A stretch of 15,013 nucleotides of DNA, taken from assembly GCA_040752695.1 (NCBI GenBank), contig JBFMGO010000050.1:21964-36976 (forward strand). Reading direction: 5' to 3'. The stretch is from a bacterium. Lineage in GTDB: Bacteria > SZUA-182 > DTGQ01. The notes under the pieces were generated by a model. The model made no database searches and had not been told where the DNA came from. It was given only the letters and a program-made list of their open reading frames with translations. The number at the start of each line of letters is the position of its first letter. Within the stretch, counting starts at the first letter, position 1. The position numbers and the translations under genes are program-made. This document shows positions 14,975 to 15,013 of the stretch, piece after piece.

Positions 14975-15013
14975 ATGAATCAAGAAAGCCTACCAGTAGT
15001 TAAGCCAACCATA
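14975..15013 (+). CDS. Probable start of a gene running off the window (MNQESLPVVKPTI...)
   Basis: SD GGAGG at 14963-14967, 7 nt before the ATG; open to the window edge; too short to identify. Confidence 0.5.
   Translation, partial: MNQESLPVVKPTI

Noticed and set aside
14696..14983. His-rich minus-strand ORFs (14696-14983, 14743-14937)
   Set aside because: Antisense shadows of the Tyr-Gly repeat gene, which has the RBS and signal peptide.

Overview
Bacterial accessory region with four parts. (1) A 5'-truncated gene (<1-2400) encodes a large protein. It has about 20 regularly spaced Cys/Pro motifs (alternating WC[RK]PCP and [YW]CCP), then cohesin-HYR-cohesin-dockerin domains. Its terminator region is exactly duplicated (115 bp x2). 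(2) A DUF3843-like gene (3690-5219). (3) A minus-strand arsenic/metal-resistance-type cluster: intact arsR, then a membrane-anchored Cache-PAS-PAS sigma54 activator, then a decayed operon. The operon holds two 5'-truncated DUF318/ArsP permeases, an arsR N-terminus fused out of frame to a small thioredoxin, and a small hypothetical gene. (4) A divergent plus-strand block with two consensus sigma54 promoters that share a nearly identical upstream double palindrome (TTTCA-N4-TGAAA x2). The first precedes a 65-aa membrane peptide and a degenerate hybrid kinase whose H-box His appears replaced by Cys. The second precedes a structured GGA-rich stretch (candidate CsrA/RsmA-sponge sRNA) and a secreted Tyr-Gly repeat peptide. 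All family assignments are by eye from motifs; no searches were run.
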